64,000 bases of DNA from Candidatus Poribacteria bacterium (lineage in GTDB: Bacteria; Poribacteria; WGA-4E; WGA-3G). The position numbers and the translations under genes are program-made. The DNA lies in the NCBI GenBank assembly GCA_965198235.1, contig OZ240248.1, forward strand, positions 4,256,001 to 4,320,000. The letters are read 5' to 3'. A model generated the notes under the pieces. That model was not told the DNA's origin. It did not search any database and saw only the letters and a list, made by a program, of their open reading frames with translations. Shown in pieces: positions 58,630-64,000 of this stretch; within the stretch, counting starts at the first letter, position 1; every line of letters begins with the position of its first letter.

Positions 58630-59844
58630 ATGCGGAAAGCCAAGATTGCATCCGTAGGTTGTGGTTGGGTCGCAAAACGTTGGCATCTGCCAACAATCGC
58701 TGAGTTGACGAAAAGAGGGGATCTGGATTACATAGCCGTATGTGACGCAGACGCGGATACCGCTCGCGAAGCCGGTGAAGAGTACGGTCTACCTTACTAT
58801 ACGGATGTCGAGGAGATGCTGGAAAAACACAGTGACATCGACGTTGTAGACATCAGCACCGGCGATTATACACATCATCCTATCGCGAAGATAGTCGCTG
58901 AACACAAGATGCACCCGATCGTCGAAAAACCGATGGCACCCACCCTCGCCTGCTGTGATGTGATAATAGACAGTTGCAAAAAAAACGGGGTCCATTTTGA
59001 GGTCGCCGAAAACTATTTTCGGATGCCGGGGGATCGAATCATCATAAAACTCATTCAGGAAGGTGTGCTTGGTGACATTGTGCGGGTTCACTTTATCGAA
59101 CCTTCCGGACGTAGGGGGTTTGTGCACGGAGCAGGAAAGCCGCGCGGCATAGAGTCGCCTATCTCAACATTTACTTCCCACTCCGGCGTTTGCATTGACA
59201 TGGGCGTTCACCGGATGTCCCAGATTCGGTTTTATGCCCAAAGCGAACCGAAGAGAATCACCGGAATCACCAAGCAATTCGTTCCGGGACCCAACAGAGT
59301 TTACGAAGATTGGGGTCACGCGGTTATTGAATTTGAAAGCGGTGCTGTTGGTGTTTATGAAACCTCTCAGGTCGGGGAAGAAACGATTAAGTACAGACAG
59401 ATTATGGGAACGAAAGGCGTGATAACAGATGTCGATTACTGGACACCTGATTTCCCGCTGCGTGCTCTCGTCAACGGTGAAATGCAGGATATTCCGATCG
59501 AAACGGAACGGCATCAGGTTGACGGAGTAGACGTTCTTTCCAGAATCATCGTGCATACCGATCCACAGATTGTTTATGAAAACCCTTTCAGAGCTTACGC
59601 AATAGACGATTGGAACGTCGGAACCGCTGAGGAGATTATGACGATAGCGAGGGCGGCACTCACAGGAGAGCCACCGGAGTACGGCATCGGCGGCAGGAAA
59701 GATGTAGAGATGTGTATCGCTTTATATGAATCCTCACGGACGGGAATGATGCCCATCGACCTCCCGATAACGGAAACGACCGGCTATGAGCAGATGGTCC
59801 ACGACGAATTCCGCCAAAAATTCGGACACACCATTGATGCATAA
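58630..59844 (+). CDS. Gfo/Idh/MocA family oxidoreductase
   Basis: VGCGWVA, VEKPM, DMGVH. Confidence 0.88.
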   Translation: MRKAKIASVGCGWVAKRWHLPTIAELTKRGDLDYIAVCDADADTAREAGEEYGLPYYTDVEEMLEKHSDIDVVDISTGDYTHHPIAKIVAEHKMHPIVEKPMAPTLACCDVIIDSCKKNGVHFEVAENYFRMPGDRIIIKLIQEGVLGDIVRVHFIEPSGRRGFVHGAGKPRGIESPISTFTSHSGVCIDMGVHRMSQIRFYAQSEPKRITGITKQFVPGPNRVYEDWGHAVIEFESGAVGVYETSQVGEETIKYRQIMGTKGVITDVDYWTPDFPLRALVNGEMQDIPIETERHQVDGVDVLSRIIVHTDPQIVYENPFRAYAIDDWNVGTAEEIMTIARAALTGEPPEYGIGGRKDVEMCIALYESSRTGMMPIDLPITETTGYEQMVHDEFRQKFGHTIDA

Positions 59845-59960
59845 TGGTATCTATTTACAGAACCAGTTTTTCCAATTCAAAGTAGGGCGGTTTCATGAAG
59901 ATTAGGAATTTAATTCGGTAATGTGGAGGGTCCATCGTCTGAACTGTGATTTCTCTGATT

Positions 59961-60061
59961 CAGGACTTACGCAAATTGAGCACACGGTGGTAGATTTTGC
60001 CTTTTAAACCCCCTAAATCCCCCTTATCAGGGGGACTTATGAACGCGCTGCGTAAATCCTA
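59961..60061. mobile_element. MITE family A copy 4 (5-bp TSD TGATT)
   Basis: CAGGACTTACGCA ... TGCGTAAATCCTA; TGATT at 59956-59960 and 60062-60066; encloses the TCCCCCTTATCAGGGGGA palindrome. Confidence 0.85.
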
Positions 60062-60289
60062 TGATTATATGATTTATGTGATGAGAGAACTTCTTGGTTT
60101 AGAATCTCGCTTACAGGATTACCGAAATATTTATTTAAACTTCATATAACGGCACTATAAGCACTATTTAGTTCCGTAGGTTGGGTTGAGCCTCGCGAAA
60201 CTCAATTTCCTTCCCATAGCAGGCTTACTCCGTTTTACTTTTCTACTTAACCCCTAAAACATAACAACGCCAGCAGCCATGAAAAAACT

Positions 60290-60318
60290 TTGCAAATTTT
60301 TCTAATCCATTATATACT
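60290..60318 (+). promoter_or_regulatory. Promoter of aroQ
   Basis: TTGCAA-N17-TATACT. Confidence 0.55.
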
Positions 60319-60361
60319 TTTTACGGCAAAGGCAATACTTCAGAGAAAAAGGAACACGCGC

Positions 60362-60820
60362 ATGAACATTCTCGTTCTCCACGGACCGAACCTACATCTC
60401 CTGGGAAAACGCCAACCCGAAATCTACGGACACCAAACGTTATCAGACATCAACGCTATGCTCGACCGACACGCAGCGGCATCGCCTCACGCGATTACAC
60501 TCAAAATCTTTCAATCCAATCACGAAGGCGAACTCGTTTCTATCATCGGAGACCACATCGACTGGGCTGACGGTATCTTGATTAATCCTGCAGCCTACAC
60601 ACATACCAGTGTCGCCATCCGAGATGCTCTCTCTACCGTCGCACTACCCGTCATAGAGATTCATCTCTCTAACATTTACGCCCGCGAAGAATTTCGGCAT
60701 CATTCCTACATATCAGCAGTTGCTGTCGGTGTCATAGGTGGTTTCGGAACACATAGTTACACCCTTGCTCTTGAAGCAATAATCCAAATCTTACAACAAA
60801 AACTTGAACCATCGAAATAA
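60362..60820 (+). CDS. aroQ: Type II 3-dehydroquinate dehydratase
   Basis: [42 protein letters not shown]. Confidence 0.95.
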   Translation: MNILVLHGPNLHLLGKRQPEIYGHQTLSDINAMLDRHAAASPHAITLKIFQSNHEGELVSIIGDHIDWADGILINPAAYTHTSVAIRDALSTVALPVIEIHLSNIYAREEFRHHSYISAVAVGVIGGFGTHSYTLALEAIIQILQQKLEPSK

Positions 60821-60851
60821 TAACACATCATCAAAAAGAAGGAATCCCTCT

Positions 60852-61997
60852 ATGGCAAAAAACCCTTTCATACCGTTTAGTCGCCCTTGGATTGATGATA
60901 CCGAAATCGAAGCCGTCAGTCAAGTCCTCGCCTCCAAATGGATTAGCACGGGGACCAGAGTGCGCGAGTTTGAACGTGCTTTCGCCGAATACCTCGGTGT
61001 TAAGCACGCGATCGCTGTGAGTTCCTGCACCGCCGCTTTGCATCTAAGCCTCGTTGTAACTGAGATCGGTAGCGGCGATGAGGTTATCACGACCCCTTAC
61101 ACCTTCACAGCGACCGCTGAAGCGATCCGATATGTCGGTGCTAAACCCGTCTTCGTGGACATCAACCCCGATACCTTGAACATCAACATAACCAAGATTG
61201 AGCAGGCGATAACCTCTCGCACGAAGGCGATACTACCCGTACATTTTGCCGGTCTCCCCTGTGATATGGATGCGCTATTGGACATCTGCCAAAACCACAA
61301 CCTCGTCCTTATCGATGACGCTGCCCACGCCATCCCGACCCAATACAAAGGACAACACATCGGCAACATCGGCGACTTGTCCGCATTTAGTTTTTATGCG
61401 AACAAAAATCTTACTACAGGAGAAGGCGGTATGATTACCACGAACAGCGACGCATTCGCCAAACCGCTCCGCACGATGCGGCTCCACGGAATCGACAAAG
61501 ACGCTTGGGCGCGTCAGTCACAGCGTGCCATCTGGCGATACAACATTGCTACTGAAGGTTATAAATACAACATGACCGATATTCAAGCAGCGATGGGGTT
61601 ATGCCAACTCATGAAACTCAACAAACAGCATGAACGCCGCCGAAATTTCGCGCAGGTCTATCAAACGGAACTCGCAAATTTTCCGCAAATAAGCACGCCG
61701 GTTACACCGGATAATCCGAACGAGCATTCGTGGCATCTCTACATTATCCAACTCCACACAGGCAATCGGGATGAATTCATAGAATCCCTACGCGAGGCAA
61801 ACATTGAATGCAGCGTTCACTATATCCCGTTACACCTCTTCGAGTTTTATCAGGAGCAATACGGCTACCGTGTCGGCGATTTCCCGTGTGCTGAGGCAGC
61901 ATTTGAACGCGTCGTGAGTCTACCTCTCCACCCCGGATTAACCGAAGAGAAGATTCACATCGTAATTGACACGATAGGAAAAACTTTAAGTTCATAA
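60852..61997 (+). CDS. DegT/DnrJ/EryC1/StrS aminotransferase
   Basis: SSCTAALH, DAAH, FSFYANKNLTTGEGG, GYKYNMTDIQAA. Confidence 0.92.
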   Translation: MAKNPFIPFSRPWIDDTEIEAVSQVLASKWISTGTRVREFERAFAEYLGVKHAIAVSSCTAALHLSLVVTEIGSGDEVITTPYTFTATAEAIRYVGAKPVFVDINPDTLNINITKIEQAITSRTKAILPVHFAGLPCDMDALLDICQNHNLVLIDDAAHAIPTQYKGQHIGNIGDLSAFSFYANKNLTTGEGGMITTNSDAFAKPLRTMRLHGIDKDAWARQSQRAIWRYNIATEGYKYNMTDIQAAMGLCQLMKLNKQHERRRNFAQVYQTELANFPQISTPVTPDNPNEHSWHLYIIQLHTGNRDEFIESLREANIECSVHYIPLHLFEFYQEQYGYRVGDFPCAEAAFERVVSLPLHPGLTEEKIHIVIDTIGKTLSS

Positions 61998-62240
61998 TCA
62001 TGTTCCGGAAACTAAAGAACGGGCAATGAATTGCCCTACTACAAACGGGCTTTGGGTTCATAATCATGCTCCAGAAATCCTCGGCGGGTACTGTGGTTCA
62101 ATATACCCTTAAGACGGCTGAGGCATCGCGTAGGTTGGGTTGAACGCAGTGAAACCCAACACTCTATCAAAGGCGTGGATACACAGAAAGCCCAAAAATC
62201 CGCGAAATCTGTGAAATCCGCGAGAATCCGCGATTCAGAC
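61990..62240. repeat. Cluster of REP-like palindromes and direct repeats
   Basis: 22-bp direct repeat at 61990 and 62056 around GGGCAATGAATTGCCCTACTAC; GTAGGTTGGGTTGAACGCAGTGAAACCCAAC near 62130 (relative near 60176); 9-bp periodic repeat 62194-62240. Confidence 0.75.
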
Positions 62241-62271
62241 GATACAGACATAACACCACTTCAGCAAGAAG

Positions 62272-62841
62272 ATGGACACACCTAACCCAGCCAACACTAC
62301 CCTCTACCAAATCATCCCCAGCGAAGTCTGTTTCTCGTGTGATGTCTGTTGCCGATTTTTAGAAGTAGATAGCCCCCTCGCGCCCATCTTCACAGCAACA
62401 GAGACGGAAAAAGCCATCACACACGGTGCTGATCCCGCGCTGTTCCGTTCACAAGCAGACGGAAAAAGTGCACAGATCCAGCTAAAACCGCACAACGATT
62501 TCTACATCTGTCCCTTTTTTGAACCAGAGACGAGTCACTGCACCATCTATCCGATTCGTCCGCTTGACTGCCAACTCTATCCGTTTGCACTAATGCTCAG
62601 CGCGGATGGAAACGAGGTCGTGCTCGGCGTAGACACCCTCTGTCCATTTGGCGAAACACATCTCGAAACGGAAGCCTTTCAGAAGCACATCCACCACGTC
62701 ATCAATTACGTCGAATCCGAATCGGTCACGGCGCAGATAATCGCCAACTGGAACTTGATCGGTGATTACCAAGACACCGTGGCAATTGTCCATACGCTCA
62801 GTAGGAGCGATCTCCTGATCGCGATGCTTCAGAAAAACTGA
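62272..62841 (+). CDS. YkgJ family cysteine cluster protein
   Basis: CxxCxxCC, CPFF, CTIYPIRPLDCQLYPF. Confidence 0.85.
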   Translation: MDTPNPANTTLYQIIPSEVCFSCDVCCRFLEVDSPLAPIFTATETEKAITHGADPALFRSQADGKSAQIQLKPHNDFYICPFFEPETSHCTIYPIRPLDCQLYPFALMLSADGNEVVLGVDTLCPFGETHLETEAFQKHIHHVINYVESESVTAQIIANWNLIGDYQDTVAIVHTLSRSDLLIAMLQKN

Positions 62842-62844
62842 CAG

Positions 62845-63750
62845 ATGCAACTTCAACCGCTAACCCTTAATGACAAGCCAATTTTTGACGAATACGCACA
62901 TCAGACATACACGCGTCTTTCCAACTATGCCTTCGCGCCACTCTACGTATGGAAAGAGCATTTTCAGTTTTATTGGGCACGACTCGCGGAACATCTATGC
63001 ATCTTCGCAAAACAGGGTGAAGACTATTTCATGCCGATTCTACCGATACCGTGCGATCCTGAAAACCGCACCTACCGAAATGTTATTCGCATGGCATATC
63101 AATTTATGTTAGAATCAAATCGGAATCCACACATCGCCAGAATCGAAAATGTTCCACAGAAGCTGCGGACTTATTTTGAAAAGGACGGATTCCGTGCCAC
63201 CTTGAAAGAGACTGAATACCTTTATGAAACAGTCGTACTCAGCGAGTTGAGCGGCAATCGCTTCAAGAGTAAGCGGAACGCCTATAACGCCTTTATTGAG
63301 CGTTATCCCTCGGTAGAATTTAGCCGCTACTGCACTACCGACCGCGATGCGTGTTTAGCACTCTATAACGCGTGGCACACTGCACGTGCAGCGAAATGCG
63401 ATGACGCAGTCTATTGCGCGATGCTTGAGGATTCTCGATCGGCGCACCGAATCGCGATCGCGCATGCGGAAGCACTCGGACTTCTCGGCAGGATTGTCCG
63501 TATTGATGAGGAAATCAGAGGCTATACCTTCGGATATCCACTGAATGCGGATACATTTTGTGTGCTATTTGAGATTACAGACCTTGGGATAAAAGGGCTC
63601 GCACAGTTCATCTACCGCGAGTTTTGCAAGGAATTGACGGACACCTACAGATGGATGAACGCGATGGACGATTCAGGATTAGAGAACCTAAAACGTGTCA
63701 AACGCTCCTACCATCCCAGCCAACTGCTTCTGTCATACAATATTGTGTGA
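62845..63750 (+). CDS. DUF2156 / phosphatidylglycerol lysyltransferase-like domain protein
   Basis: EYLY, LSGNRFKSKRN, GLAQFI, NAMDDSGLENLKRVKRSYHP. Confidence 0.82.
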   Translation: MQLQPLTLNDKPIFDEYAHQTYTRLSNYAFAPLYVWKEHFQFYWARLAEHLCIFAKQGEDYFMPILPIPCDPENRTYRNVIRMAYQFMLESNRNPHIARIENVPQKLRTYFEKDGFRATLKETEYLYETVVLSELSGNRFKSKRNAYNAFIERYPSVEFSRYCTTDRDACLALYNAWHTARAAKCDDAVYCAMLEDSRSAHRIAIAHAEALGLLGRIVRIDEEIRGYTFGYPLNADTFCVLFEITDLGIKGLAQFIYREFCKELTDTYRWMNAMDDSGLENLKRVKRSYHPSQLLLSYNIV

Positions 63751-63765
63751 CGGGAAATTAAAAAA

Positions 63766-64000
63766 ATGAAATCAGCACTTATTTTCCTCAATGGTTATTA
63801 CGACACACGGCATCTCGATTTTTACTGTCAAGAGATCGAAACCGCAGTGGAAAATGGTGTTCCGCTCATCTGTGCCAACGGAGGCATCCGTATATTTGAT
63901 GAATTAAATCGGGATACGGATATGTCGCTTATCCCTGATGTTCTTATCGGTGACATGGATTCGGTCCCACATCGGGGTTACAAACCCCTCCCACAAGAAG
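63766..64000 (+). CDS. thiN: Thiamine pyrophosphokinase, partial at window edge (absent from ORF track)
   Basis: Manual translation MKSALIFLNG...LICANGG...PDVLIGDMDS; note ANGG where ADGG is usual. Confidence 0.75.
   Translation, partial: MKSALIFLNGYYDTRHLDFYCQEIETAVENGVPLICANGGIRIFDELNRDTDMSLIPDVLIGDMDSVPHRGYKPLPQE

Overview
64 kb of a bacterial chromosome, most likely Candidatus Poribacteria. This is an inference from secreted LamG proteins ending in a KLATTW(G/A)xLK motif, a dockerin plus FlgD-Ig/T9SS-like C-terminus, three PhyH dioxygenases, a DUF6785-type membrane protein and several HEAT-repeat proteins. Housekeeping content: trpF, aroA, aroQ, tsaB, tsaE, sbcCD, a HelY-like helicase, tenA, yjbQ, a partial thiN and tRNA-Ala(GGC), plus many carbohydrate/redox enzymes. 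Defence/TA content: a HEAT-repeat-fused N4/N6 methyltransferase with a CfrBI-like endonuclease, BrnT/BrnA, a DarT1/NADAR-like pair and two paralogous HicAB modules. The most unusual signal is non-coding, a nested set of small repeats. (i) Four MITEs have 13-bp TIRs and perfect 5-bp target duplications but unrelated interiors. (ii) A GTAG-hairpin element ends in CCGCAAGG..AATTAAAAA, and this end repeatedly sits at start codons. (iii) Strand-biased low-complexity inserts begin GGTGTTTTTGCT and interrupt other repeats. (iv) GTAG/GTGG REP-like palindromes occur, some translated inside genes. No transposase, integrase, RT or CRISPR array is present in the window. All family assignments are from motif recognition, not database searches.
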